Positions 23,009 to 35,000 of a stretch of DNA of 43,594 nucleotides are shown in pieces. The stretch is taken from positions 1 through 43,594 of the forward strand of contig JALAGF010001768.1 in assembly GCA_030167865.1 (NCBI GenBank). The letters run 5' to 3'. The stretch is from Craspedostauros australis. Taxonomy: Eukaryota. Under the pieces are notes generated by a model. That model searched no databases, was not told the DNA's origin, and saw only the letters and a list, made by a program, of their open reading frames with translations. Position 1 is the first letter of the stretch; every line of letters begins with the position of its first letter. The position numbers and the translations under genes were made by a program.

Positions 23009-24289
23009 TCAGCTGGTCCAAAGACTGGCGCGATGGCCATGGATCTCTTCGCACAGCCTCGCAGCGCGCTCCTGGGCATCCAAGTAGTCATTCTGGCAGC
23101 ATTCGAAGTAGATATCCCCGATGTGCTCAGCCTCGTCGACGATGGGTGCCTCCAATTCGCCGCTCGGCACTTGCAGCTTTTGCTGCTGCGCCTCCTGCTG
23201 ACGGGCGAGATGTCTGATCCATGCTTGCTCGTCCAGCACGGTCTGGATAGTTTCGTCTCTGTTCTCCCTGCGCTCCATCTCCTTCCACGGCAGCGCCAGT
23301 CCGAGAGAGCAGAACTCCGCGGATCCGTCCTCGTCCTCCAGAAGATCATGTTCGATCTTCGATTCTTCATCGTCTTGGGCAAAATCGTTGCTAAACCGAG
23401 AACCTCGGAGTCGTTTCCCGCGTTGCTGCTGCGCCCGCATCCAGCGCACAGTTTGGCTGCATTCGAAACGGAACAGGGTGTAGTCAGCTCTCTCGTACCA
23501 TGCGCACTGCTTATCGCGCCACAGTCGACGTGACAACATCGCCTGTGACGATCTGATGCCACCGTACGTGCTCAACCGCTCATCGTCGTACACCACGTTA
23601 AGCTCTTCGTGAAATGTGACAGCCTTGACGAGCTGATTCTGGGATCGCTGTTGGCGGCGTTGGGATCGCAGGGCGCTTCGCTTGGAGCGTGGTGAGAGAA
23701 AGTCGATCAGATCCTCTTCTGACTCTGCGCAGCTGCAATCATCGTCGCCATGATCGTCAATGGCAACAGCAACGGCAGCAGACGGAGAGGCAGGATTGGA
23801 AGAAGATGGTGACGATGCCGCGGTTTGAGGTGTCTGGATCTGATTGCTGGAAGGGGTGCACGCATCAGCACGTGTATCGCCCGCAGCGGGACTAGATTGA
23901 TTCTCCACGAACGAGTGTGATGACGATGTGGCTGAAGGGACTTCTGTGGATGCACTCTGAGCCTGGCTGACTGGCTTCTTGGCTGTGTCTGCGTGCAATG
24001 AATGAGATGGTGCGGCTGCTGTCTCCGATTGCAACGCGGGCTGTGGTGGCTTTGATGCTGGCCGCCTTCTTGAGCGTGGCGAGCATTGTGGACGTGATTC
24101 TTCTGGTCTGTGTTCGACGGATGCGTCCAAGCTGGCGTTGCTGAAACTGCTGAAGCTGCAGCAGCTGGCTGTCGATGCTGTGATGATGCTGTGGCTGGAT
24201 CCGGGCTTGACGGGCGAGCGGTTACTGCCTCTTTTCTTGCTCTGGCTGGCCTTCAGTCGTTCGAGGTTCCTCTGTATCTGCGACTGCAT
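23009..24289 (-). CDS. Uncharacterised protein, 426 aa: Ser-rich N-terminus plus conserved C-terminal domain (VxF...WY...GL...VLxEQ family)
   Basis: Long ATG-initiated ORF. Motifs KAVTF, AWYERADYTLFRFECSQTV, FCSLGL, VLDEQ, EHIGDIY and AQERA are shared in order with the 28028-29704 protein. Confidence 0.82.
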   Translation of the reverse strand: MQSQIQRNLERLKASQSKKRGSNRSPVKPGSSHSIITASTASCCSFSSFSNASLDASVEHRPEESRPQCSPRSRRRPASKPPQPALQSETAAAPSHSLHADTAKKPVSQAQSASTEVPSATSSSHSFVENQSSPAAGDTRADACTPSSNQIQTPQTAASSPSSSNPASPSAAVAVAIDDHGDDDCSCAESEEDLIDFLSPRSKRSALRSQRRQQRSQNQLVKAVTFHEELNVVYDDERLSTYGGIRSSQAMLSRRLWRDKQCAWYERADYTLFRFECSQTVRWMRAQQQRGKRLRGSRFSNDFAQDDEESKIEHDLLEDEDGSAEFCSLGLALPWKEMERRENRDETIQTVLDEQAWIRHLARQQEAQQQKLQVPSGELEAPIVDEAEHIGDIYFECCQNDYLDAQERAARLCEEIHGHRASLWTS

Positions 24290-26802
24290 TGCGATTGGCT
24301 TGGACTTTGGTATTGACGATGGCTTTAGTGTTGACGTTGACGTTGATGTTAACGTTTGTGTTGATGTTGTTTGTGTGCTCGCTTCGGATTATGAGATGTG
24401 TGGCTCCTGATCGCGGCCACAGCCACGACCGCAGTTTGGGCACAACACGATACGGAAAAGTGAGTCGGGTGGCGCGGAAAGAAGAGCACAGAAGAACAGT
24501 GTGTGCAGTTTGCTGGAGGCTGATGCCTCTTGCGAGGAAATGCCCTTGGCGTTTCTCCGTGTTTCACCACTGGGGCCGTTGTTGGACCTGTTGTTGTGGC
24601 TGTGGCTGTGTGATTGGAGATGCTGTCGTGATAGAGGGTGTGCGAGTGGGTGGCTGGCCCTTTCCCGTTTTTGTGACGTTGTTACTTGGTGTGACGCTTC
24701 AGCGATACCCCGCTTCTCGGCACAGATGAGGACTGCCCTCTTGCGGAGGACCTCTTTGTCGCTTTGTAACTGTCGCTGGCCCTTGTTGGCCACGAGAGAA
24801 CGATGAGTCGCCGAGTGATGGGTGAGCAGCGGACGTTATCGGGATGATACCAGGATGCACGATGATAAACGCCTTTGTGCCCAATGCTTCGTACCAATGA
24901 TAACAGATCGTACTGGTTCCGTGAATGAACGGGTTGCCATCCGACGGAACGGGACGGAACAGGCTCGTTGGAATGATAGAGAGGCGTGACGGCGCCACAC
25001 ACAGCTGCTGGACTGATGTGGGCTGGTTCTGCTCTTCCAGAGAGATAGAGAGAGTGGGATGTGGAGGAGCAGCTCATACGAGCGCTGCGTTTGCAAATTA
25101 TGGGAGCGGGAGCCCATTCGTTGAGGGATGAAGGTGTGGTTGGGGGTGATAGCAACAGAGGACAAGTCTTGGGTGTTGGGTGTTGGGCGTTGGGTTGTGT
25201 TGCTAACACTCACAATGCATGCTCTCCCCGTTGGTTTGGACAGCACAGTTCCCATTCCTCTCCAACCCGCACGAGTGATGCCTTCTTGTCAGCGCATGGA
25301 AAGGTTCCATGTCATCGATGAGTGAGAGTCTCCGATGCACCTTTGCTGTCGTGTTTCTGTGGGTACTTCCACTTCATCGTGATCTCCCTTCCCCAAAACG
25401 CGATACTTTCTGGTACCGAAGAATGAACCAGCGAAAGCCGAGGCATTTCGCGTGCAGGGCCATTCTCTTTCTTTCCTCTCTCTTTGCCACAGCAGCGATG
25501 TCATTTGGCATTGCAGGTTGTGGGCGGAGTTTGGAGCGAGTGTCCAAAGGAGAAAGAGAAGGAGTATCGGGAGCTTGTACCACGCAAGCACATACAAATG
25601 CATGTCAATACTCTAGGTGCAAGTGTGCACAGGAAGACTCGAACACGACGCGCCCATCCAGGCTTGATTGGATCCTCTCCTCGCCATCTCTCGAACGAAC
25701 TCTCTCTTGTCCACTCGTTTGCCCGCCAGCCTGCCTGCGCGCACTTTACATGACGCAACTTGTCTTCCTGCATGGAGCGCCCGTTGGTACGACGCAACGA
25801 CGCAGCGCTGCAACAACTCCACATAACACAACACAGCACGACATCACGCAGAAGGAAAAAGAGATCGTACGAATGTTCGTACCTCATGGCGTTGTACGAG
25901 TGCTATCATCATCAAGGCCACGTCTCAGTTCGCACACAAAGCGAGTTTGGTCTGTTTCACGAAAGTCATCATCTGTGGTTCGGTCGGCTTGTGAAGAATT
26001 AACCGAACACGCATTATTTATGTTCCGAGCTGGTGAATCACGATTCCATATTCCTCCATGTCCTTGTGGGACACAGAACTATGTCATTTGAAACACGACT
26101 TCAAATTCTCCACTTCAACATCGCCGCCAGAATGGGCACACGAAGCGATCTTGTGTGAATCCCGCGTCCTGGAGTTCTGACATTCTGCGCGGTAGTGATG
26201 TTCTGATTGTTCGGAATTGGTGGCATCATCGCAGCTTTCGTTGGTTCGGCAACAAAACCGGCACCTGTCACCACAAGGCTGGAGAGTCCATGCAACCACG
26301 TACTAATACGTCCACGCGGAGAGACAGGCGTTGGTGCTCACGTCAGCACTCGATGCCGATGCCAATGCCAATGGAGACCCGCATCATTGCTTTCTCTCTC
26401 TCTCTCTCTCTCTTTGTCGTGCCACTGCACGCAACATGCGACATCGCGACGGAGGAAAGGGAGAAGGGTGGAGGAAGTGAATGGACACCGCAAATGGGAA
26501 CACGTGCTGTATGCCGCGAGATGCGGGGATTCTGTCATCGCCATTGTCCTTGTGCCAATGTCCATGTGGACACATGGGAGACGGCCAAAGGAAGGCCAAT
26601 CACCAAAACCAGCTACCACAAACACTCACTTCGCAGAGCAGGGTGGCTCGTGCGGTTGGCTCGTGCGGAGGATGCGTCATGTAGCCTGTATCCCTATTCA
26701 CGGCTTTGCGACAGACACGAACACAACACCAGTACCAGCTATTGGGCAGCCTTCGTCTCCGTGCTTGTGCCTGATGGAGTTGCCGACTTCAACCAACAAC
26801 AC

Positions 26803-27213
26803 ATGTTCAATGGCAACAGTGAGCCGTCGACATCCGCAGCAACTCTCGCCTCAGCAAGCAGCAACAACAACATCGATGGTCACCATCTGTCTCTCGCTCT
26901 TGCGTCGCTGCGGTTGCATGCAGGATATTCCATGGTGTGTGACCTCGATGCTACACTCGTACATACTCGTAGCCCAGAAGGACTGTCGGAGCGCTGCAAT
27001 TTCAATTGCACACAGCAGGGCAGTGGTACGATAGAGAGCTTGGGCGGGCACGCTCTCACACCCATAATGCGCACTTCCATGGTGGCTGACCAAAGCGATG
27101 TGAAGCAGGGTAGAGGACTAATCGAGCAATGCCCCCTGCCGTGCCAGTACCCCACTATGGTCATCGAGGCGAAACCTCGGACTCGCATCGTAACGAAGGC
27201 AAAGAGAACATGA
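26803..27213 (+). pseudogene. Short ORF (136 aa) with an FCP/SCP (NIF) HAD-phosphatase-like motif I; truncated or degenerate
   Basis: SMVCDLDATLVHT at about 26929-26967 resembles the LVLDLDxTLVH motif. The ATG follows a CA-rich leader (CAACCAACAACACATG). The rest of the domain is not recognisable before TGA TGA. Confidence 0.3.
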
Positions 27214-28027
27214 TGAGATCACAAAATGTGAACGAACCAAAAAGACGTGTGAATCGGATACGAGCTGGTGGGAACCGAATGTAAACGAGGCTTGTCTATT
27301 GCCTCTTTTGGCTTGTCTCTTGCGTTGGTGGGGTGCTTTGAAACGACTGCCCCCGATTTATGACCGCCGGTTCCTTCCCTCACCTTTCTTGCGTCATGTA
27401 TGGTAGAAGTGGCTCGAGGTCGCAATCTGTTCCATTTGTTCGTTGCACATGAAAAATATAATGTTACAGGGCCGGGATGTTGCGCCTTCGTTTGGAAACC
27501 AGCCAATGTTGATGTGGTAAGCATGCCATAGGTAATCAGAGCGGGTGCCTGTTCCACCCTCGCTCTCGTCTTGCATCTATGGTCTGAATCGATGACCTGG
27601 CAACGCCTTTGACCTCTTTGTAACATGTGATAGTATAATATCTTGCATTGCATGTTGTGTCACGTGGGTTGCTCTGCATGCCTCTGCGCATCGAGGTGAT
27701 TCCCAATCGCCACTTCCCAGAGTCTTGTCGGTTCATGTGCAAAGAAAGACCGGGAGATGCAATGACCAATAACGTAAATGTTTGGCAAAACGATGAGAAG
27801 TGGAGAGAATGCAATTGACAACACACTCTAACCAAGAGGCCCAACACCAATGTCTTGTGTGTTGAGCGGCGCAGTTTACATCCTCACGTTTGGCGAGGTT
27901 TGTGCGATGCAAGTTTCGCAGGAGAATCGGTCACCGAGGCATCCTCTGGAAGAACGAACCTGCTATGCTGTTGGATATCGTATGATGCTCTATTATTGTA
28001 TGGTGTGGGCAGTGCTGCTGCTGCTCT

Positions 28028-29704
28028 CTAGAGAGTCTGCAAAGTCTGGTAACTGGTGACGGAATGTTCGTCGGACTTGCCACCACCGCGCCTTGTGCGT
28101 GTCTTGACAGGTGTGTTGCGCGCAAAGTGGCGACCCAGACGCATCTGCTGCAGTCTGGACTTGAGCGGATGTGCCTCCGCTCCGCCTTCGTTGTTGGATT
28201 CGCGTCGCCGCCTGGAGGCTCTGGGACGCGTTGCAGTCTGTCGTGCTGCATTGGCATTCGCGTCGCTAACACCCGCGGCTGGTGTTCTGTTCCTTGACCG
28301 CCTGGAGGAGTGCGAAGAGAGGGAGCCGGCAACAGAAGAGCTGGCTGTTGTTGCTGTGGTAACAGAAGAACAGTCGCTGAGGGCTGCCTGCTTTGCGTTG
28401 ACCAGCGATCGCACTGTTGTCGATGATGCAGCAGGGTTGGGACCACCGAGAAGGGATGAAGCCTTCTTCTTTTGGCGGGTCTTGCCGCTCTGGTTTGCGC
28501 TCTTGGGTGACACTGGCGGGTTCGTGCGCTTCTTGCGCGTCTTGGAGGATGACGATGCAGAAGTGGAATCGGAGCTTGCCTTGCTGCCCTTCGACGATTT
28601 GGAGCCCGATCTGGATGTGGAGACGGACTTGGGTGGTACCGTTGTTGCCGTTGTTGTTGGAGTTGCTGGCTGGTAGGGTGGCAGGAGGGTGTGGGAGATG
28701 GAGGAGGAGGATGAATTGAGGCTGCTACTGCTGTTGTTGCTGGAGGATGCGAAGGAGCTCTGATGGGAGTCTGAGTTAGCAGAGGTGGCGGTGTTGGTGG
28801 TGTGCTGCGAGCCATTCTTTATCCGTTGCTGCAGGAGCTTCCTTCTGGAGTCCACCGTCTTTGTGATCTTCCTCGATCGGTTGTTGCCGCTGGTGTTGCG
28901 CTCGGGCTTCTTTTTCTTCTTCTTTCCTTTGCTGCCCTTGGTGCTGCCTTTGGCGCTGATGTTGGATTGGGAAGCGGAGTCGCTGGCTTCATCCTCGTAG
29001 TCTTCTTCATCGCCGTCCTCCTCGTCCTCGTCAGCCGCTCTGGACCCATCCTGAGCCTTGGCCCAGGCCTCCTCCTCGTCCGCCAATCCCAGCATGTGCG
29101 CCTGGAAGACGTCGTGCTGCGAGACCGTGATGAGGATCTGCGCTATCCGGTCGTCCTCCCTGCGCCCCAGATGCATCTGGTTCTGCTGCTCCGTGAGAAC
29201 GTCTCTGACCACCCGCCTGATCTTGCGCTGCCTGGCCTGGAAGAGCTCGCTTGGCCAGGACTCCAGACCGCGTATCGTGTAGGTGACGTCCTCGTCTCGA
29301 TCGAAGGAGTTCGTGCTGTTGTTGTCTCTGCTGTTGTTGAGGTCTAGACTGCCCATCATACTATCATCATCGTCGTCATCGCAACAGTGCTCCGCGTGGT
29401 CGTCTTGATCGCCATGATCAGCATGGTCGTCGCTGGAGAGGTTGCGACTGCCGCGACGGCCGAACCTGTGCAGCTTGAAGGTGCCCTTGCTGTCGAGCAC
29501 GGACTGGCGCTTCTCCTGGTGCTGCTCCTTCTGCCGCTGGCGCTTCTCCACGAGGAACAGGGTCTGCTGGCACTCGTTGCGGAAGGTGTTGTAGTCCTCC
29601 GGCGTCCACCAGACCTTGACGAACTCGCTGCGCTTCACCTTGGGATACACCTTCACCTTGCGCGACTTGGCGAAAGACACGCGTCTGCCGTTTGGAGACT
29701 CCAT
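28028..29704 (-). CDS. Uncharacterised protein, 558 aa from the first ATG: N-terminal conserved domain (same family as 23009-24289) plus long Ser/Lys-rich tail
   Basis: MESPNGRRVSF, VKVY, VWWTPEDYNTFRNECQQTL, YTIRGLE, VLTEQ, DRIAQIL and AHMLGLADE. Strong GC3 bias in the domain. KKKKKK NLS-like tract. The ORF-track start at 29815 is a TTG. Confidence 0.85.
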   Translation of the reverse strand: MESPNGRRVSFAKSRKVKVYPKVKRSEFVKVWWTPEDYNTFRNECQQTLFLVEKRQRQKEQHQEKRQSVLDSKGTFKLHRFGRRGSRNLSSDDHADHGDQDDHAEHCCDDDDDDSMMGSLDLNNSRDNNSTNSFDRDEDVTYTIRGLESWPSELFQARQRKIRRVVRDVLTEQQNQMHLGRREDDRIAQILITVSQHDVFQAHMLGLADEEEAWAKAQDGSRAADEDEEDGDEEDYEDEASDSASQSNISAKGSTKGSKGKKKKKKPERNTSGNNRSRKITKTVDSRRKLLQQRIKNGSQHTTNTATSANSDSHQSSFASSSNNSSSSLNSSSSSISHTLLPPYQPATPTTTATTVPPKSVSTSRSGSKSSKGSKASSDSTSASSSSKTRKKRTNPPVSPKSANQSGKTRQKKKASSLLGGPNPAASSTTVRSLVNAKQAALSDCSSVTTATTASSSVAGSLSSHSSRRSRNRTPAAGVSDANANAARQTATRPRASRRRRESNNEGGAEAHPLKSRLQQMRLGRHFARNTPVKTRTRRGGGKSDEHSVTSYQTLQTL

Positions 29705-32043
29705 CAGATGTTGTTTGTGCTGAGAGCGGGGGTCTGACTTGTGTTCTGCTCTCTCTATGCTCTGCTCTTTCTCTCTGCTCTGTTGCAATGGTTGCTCTGC
29801 TGTCTTTTGGGTCAACCAATCAATGGATCAATCATTCAATCAACCACACAGCACAATCGATCCGTTTGAACCGCCTTTGTTGGTTGCTTTGATTGCTGCT
29901 TTGATTGCTGCCTTGGTTGTTGTGTTGTATGACTTGTTGTATGGCTCGTTGTATGGCTTGTTGTCCCGATCGCCTGGTGGATCGATGATCAGCGTCTTGG
30001 GAAGTCTTGCGGATTGAGTTTTTTGTCTTCCTCTTTGTCACGAGTGCCTCTTCTTGCTGCCTTCTTGCTGTCTTGCTGTCTTGCTGTTGGTGCTGTTGTT
30101 GTTCCTGCTGTCTGTTCCTTGTGCCTGTGCCTGTGTCTGGCTATGTCTAATTGCGTGTGAGTGAATGTGGATGTCGTTGTTGCTGTTGTTGTTGATACTG
30201 TCGAGGATGATGGCGTGAGAGGACGCGAAGAGTTGCTCCAAGCTGTCCGTTCAAAAGCAGTGTGCCTTGCTTTCGATTCGTGTGGTATCACTGCGTGAGG
30301 TGCTTGTGCGGGTAATTGCCGTACTCCTAGCCCGTACTAGTGCCACAGCACCAACACAACCACGGGATTGCAACGCCGGCTTCACAAATAATCGTGCTGT
30401 TCTGCTGCGCTGTTCCTCTCTTGCGGTTGCTCTGCGCGCGCTGTTGCCGCAATTGTCGCCACCGGTTTTGCCTCGTGCTCACGCGTTGTCCCCCTGTTCG
30501 CACGAGTCTCCGTGGCGTCTCCGTCTGTTTGACACCCTCTGTTTCGCGCTTTGGTCTCGTTTTGTCCTCGTGTTGTTTTTACCACGCATCACGGCTATCG
30601 CTGTTTGTATCCTTTGTCGCGATTGACCCAATCGCCTTTGTACCCGCGGTTCGTGCTGTTTGCGTCTTTTTCGTGCGGAATGCCGCCGCTGTACCTGTCT
30701 CGGATCCGTACGCGCATGTGTGGTACACAGTCTACGTGCCTCGGAGCGTAACGTGTCAAACCTGGCGGTGTCACATGCAAGTGTTTCGCTGCGCCGAAGG
30801 TTTCATCCCCAAGGCGTTTTCACTTCGTGTTAAGAACCCACGCCCAACATATATGGAGGCCAATGACCGACGTCAAACGTTATTGGCTTCACAATGATAC
30901 TAATTATTAATAGCATTTCAATACCCCGGGCATTCATATCACGTTTCGTACATAACGCAACCAAACAAATGCGACAAAATTGCTCGTCCCTTCTCTTATG
31001 GGGATGACCTCGACACGCCGCACGATTCCCGACAAGATTCCTCAATCAGTCACTCCGCTGTGTTGCACCGGCTAAATGCACGACACGTACAAACGGGTAT
31101 CCAATCACTATTCCGCATCCCGAAGGTACAACGAAGATAGGCCGAAGACCACGATCCAATCGGCGTGACACCTTTCCATTCCACCGACCGACCGAGAAAA
31201 CTGCCGTCGCCGAAACAAATGCCCAAATTCCTCCTTTCGCCCGCCAGCTTCCGTCTTCGCCGCTCTCCTTGGCAGCAGGGTCAGGATCGTCATCGTCATC
31301 ATCGTCATCTGCGCCCTCACGAATAAACAGCAACCACCCGTTCGCGCCAAGAATGATTCGTGCTAACCAGGAGATCCTTCTGGTGGGATGGCTTCCAACC
31401 AAGACCTCATACTCCACGGATGTTCTCTGCAGGTATGTGTGTGTGAGCAAGAACATGGTTCACTGTGTTGCGGGAGAGGGCTGTCCCAAACATGTCTCAA
31501 TCATTGTGCTACTCGCTGCTCCCGCGAACTCAATTCGATCCGACCCTCTTCCATTCAAGTCAATCCAGTTCGTTCCAGAGAGTAAACGCCCATGGGCACC
31601 ACCATTTGAAACAGCTTCAAGGTCCAAGGACAACCTATGCCATCGCCCGTAGAACCCATGGAGGGACCCCTTGGGCCAATGCACGTATGGCGCCATGCCC
31701 ATGGGCAACCGTACCATCACTCCAGCATTGGTATTGGTCCTCCTCCAATGGTGACTCACAGCGACTCACAGCGACTCATGGTCGTACGATCTGGGAGATC
31801 CGAGAGGCTTGACAGCGTGTGCTCTGCGATCTATTCTATTCTATTATTCTATCGTGTACACTCCACCATGGAGAGTGTGCCGCTCCTACTGGTATGGTGT
31901 TCTTGTGCTCATCCATAGTCGTATGAGTTGGTACTATTGGTTGGTCATTCAATGATCAGCATTCGAGCCGTCGCTGATGAGGAGGTTGACTGGCCGGAGA
32001 GGCACATCGACCAATTGGTCAATCAACCAAATGGAACGGCGCA

Positions 32044-35000
32044 TCAGACATCCTCACCGCTTCCCATGGCAAACACCAAGATCTTGTCCTTCTCGTAGCA
32101 TGGAATGTACAGCTTCGCGTATCCGGACTCCTGCTCCACGTCGCACAGATCCTCGTACCCGATCCCGATGCTGCCCACGGTGGCGCCGCATTTGATCTCG
32201 CACATCAGCTTGTACTGCGCAGCTCGATCGAACGTGCTGCCCTCGCCGTCCGATGCGTGCCGTTCGGGACGGAACACGTAGGCCGACTCGGCGCAATCGC
32301 CTGCGACCGCGATCATGGGGCGCTGCGTCTGCTTGCGTTGCTGGGCATCCTGCTTGCGTGCGTGGAAGGTGTACACGAAGCCCGGTGCGCCGGGGTTGAT
32401 GATGTTCCAAAGCTGCCCGTCCACCTTGAAGCCGGTTGCGACAGTCGTGCGGATCCACGGTTCCGTCTTCCACGCTGCCGGCTTGCCGGTCGGGACCTTG
32501 TAGGCGAACAAGGAACCACCATCGATCACGGCATTGTCCTCGCCCGTGTCAGCATCGCCGGTGTTGATGTCCGCCTCGTCAGGTTCCAAACTCTGCGAAG
32601 CGTCCTGCGATTTCTGTTCCTGCAGCTGCTGTTGCAGTTCCCGCTGTCTCTGTTCCAGCCGGCGGTACTTCGCCTCCAACGACTCCGTGCCGTCGATGGC
32701 GGTCTCGGCGTAGTTGCATTCATGGCTCGTCACCAGCACATGGGAAAACGAATCGCCTGGCTGCACGGAAGGCACCGTGCTGCCCGAATCGATGACGATG
32801 GCACGATTGTTGCTCTGGCTTTGCAGAGCGGTTCCCGGCCACGTCCCTTGTGCGCTTCGACCGTCTACGCCTGCGCAATCCAGATCCGCAAGGATGCCAC
32901 CAAATGCAGCGCCGCATCGATCGTCGATGATGCGAGAGAACACGACCTTGGGACTGGGTCCGCGTTGGATCGAGTGCAAGGTCACCTTCTTGTCGAAGAA
33001 TTGGCTGGCGATCACTTCGATCGTTCCGTCCGACGGGTCCATGTCAGCCACGTTGAACATGACATCAGGTCCCACCGCGAGCACTCTGTGTGGATTGAAG
33101 ATAAGGCAATAGGCATTGCGCAGTGTACAGTTTGTAGCAGCAACAGTCGTCGCCGCCGTCGTCGTTGTATGAAGTACGAAGCATGTGAGAGTTCAAGAGT
33201 ATTGTACAAGATTGCATTTGTGAGTTGGCGTACAGTGCGCAGTGTGCGGTATGGTGCTCGTAGTGAGGTTCTGGTTGACAGCCCCATGGATGGTCTGAAG
33301 ATTGCGATGTTCATATAGTAATGCGTCGTCACCAATCAAGAACTGCAAAGGACGATACGGATCAACACTATGACACAACACAATGGCACGGCATGACATG
33401 ACATTATCGACTATATGACGCTCACCTTTCCTTCCACGGCAGATGCCGCGCACTGAACGGATCAAACGGCGTCCCGTCCTCATCCAGCGGGGTTCCAGTC
33501 GCCTTATCAAAGCTGTGGGGTTCAGGCATTTCCAACCACACCAGCTCACCGTTCCGCGGACGTTCCGTAGTGGAGGTCGTTTGGGCTTTTGGGCTCTCCG
33601 CACCATCATCCACACTGGTTGTGACCTTGCGAAGCTTGGCACGTGCGGTGAGGATAGATTGGCGGCCGTCGCCTGTGAGATCGACCCAGACGGCTCTGCG
33701 TGGTGTGATTCGCAATGAAGTTTGGATGATAGGCATGTCCGAATGATAGGCGGGGAAAGAGGAAGGTGCGGTGTCAGGGAGTGATGTGGAGTTTGGCATG
33801 CGTACTGCAGTTCAGTGTCATCGTCCGTCTCTTCCCAGTTCCATTAATCCCAGTCCAGTTCAATTCACGCCGCGCCATCGCATCAACCGCCCATTGCACT
33901 CGAACGTACCTGTGATAAAACCATCGATTCTCGCTGGTGAGATCCGTGAGGCAGATGGTCCATTCCGTCTTGACGTTGGATGGATTCTTGACGACGTAAA
34001 TCCCGCCCCGATCCTTGCCAGGAACCAGAAATCCATCGCTGACCAGCAACGCATCGTCGTAACCTTGCGCAGCATATGCTTTGGTTGTTGTTGCTGTACG
34101 AGTTGGAGTCGGCATGGACTTTGATGATGTTGCCGTTGGTCGAACGGCATGTTCCTCAATGACGCTTGACTGCAACGGCGATGACAGCGATGTGAACGCT
34201 GCTTGAGAATGTCGTTGATGGGACGCATAAGGTTGAGATGGAGAATGAGTCTGATCATGCGACATGCCCGTAACGTAGAGTTGCGATTCATCATGATGAT
34301 CATAGCCATGCGTTTGTGCATGTTGCGACGCTGCCCCGTTTCCTTTAACACGTATGCGCTCGACAAGATTGGTCGGCACAGCATGCACTTCGTTGGGCCA
34401 CAACGTCATGGACTCGCTGCGCTGATGGATGGTATCGATATGACCATCCGCGACATCGACGCTGCGCAGGATCCCCTTGCGACTGGCCAACGTGAATCCC
34501 GTGACCCACAGCCGCTCCTGATACCGCGCATTGCCGAATTGGAGATCCTCTAGCTTCTCGTAGAGCGCACGGCGCTTCTTCCAGGGATTCCTCCACATCG
34601 ATTGCGTGTTGCGCATGGCGGCGGCCGTCGATCCCGCGCCGTCGGCCTTTTGGATCTGCACGTAGCCTGGTTTGGGAACGTTGATCTCGGCCAGCAGCTC
34701 CATGCTGACGCAGCGGTAACGATCGTGCAGTTCGTTGCGTTCGTCGTCATCGAGCCATTGGAATCGCGAGTAGGAGGCCAGCGACTTGTCGACCGCCGTG
34801 CCGTTGACGAGCAATTCGGACGTCGATATGGAGTGGGTATTCCTGGCGCCGTTGGCAACGCCGGCAGAGGAAGCTGGCTGGGAGGATGAAGCGTCGCCAA
34901 CGTTACCACCACCACCAGCACGAAGGAAAGGTTCCTTGCGAGTGGCAGTTCTCGCCTGTCGACCGAGGTTGAGCCATTTTCTGGTCGGATTCTCCTGCAG

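Noticed and set aside
25309..26800. 260-aa, 275-aa and upstream part of the 352-aa plus-strand ORFs
   Set aside because: They run through microsatellites (CT tract, ATGCCA repeats), are rich in Arg/Cys/Ser like non-coding translations, and show no domain.
32257..33318. 353-aa plus-strand ORF
   Set aside because: Antisense shadow of the GC3-rich exon 3 of the FG-GAP-like gene.
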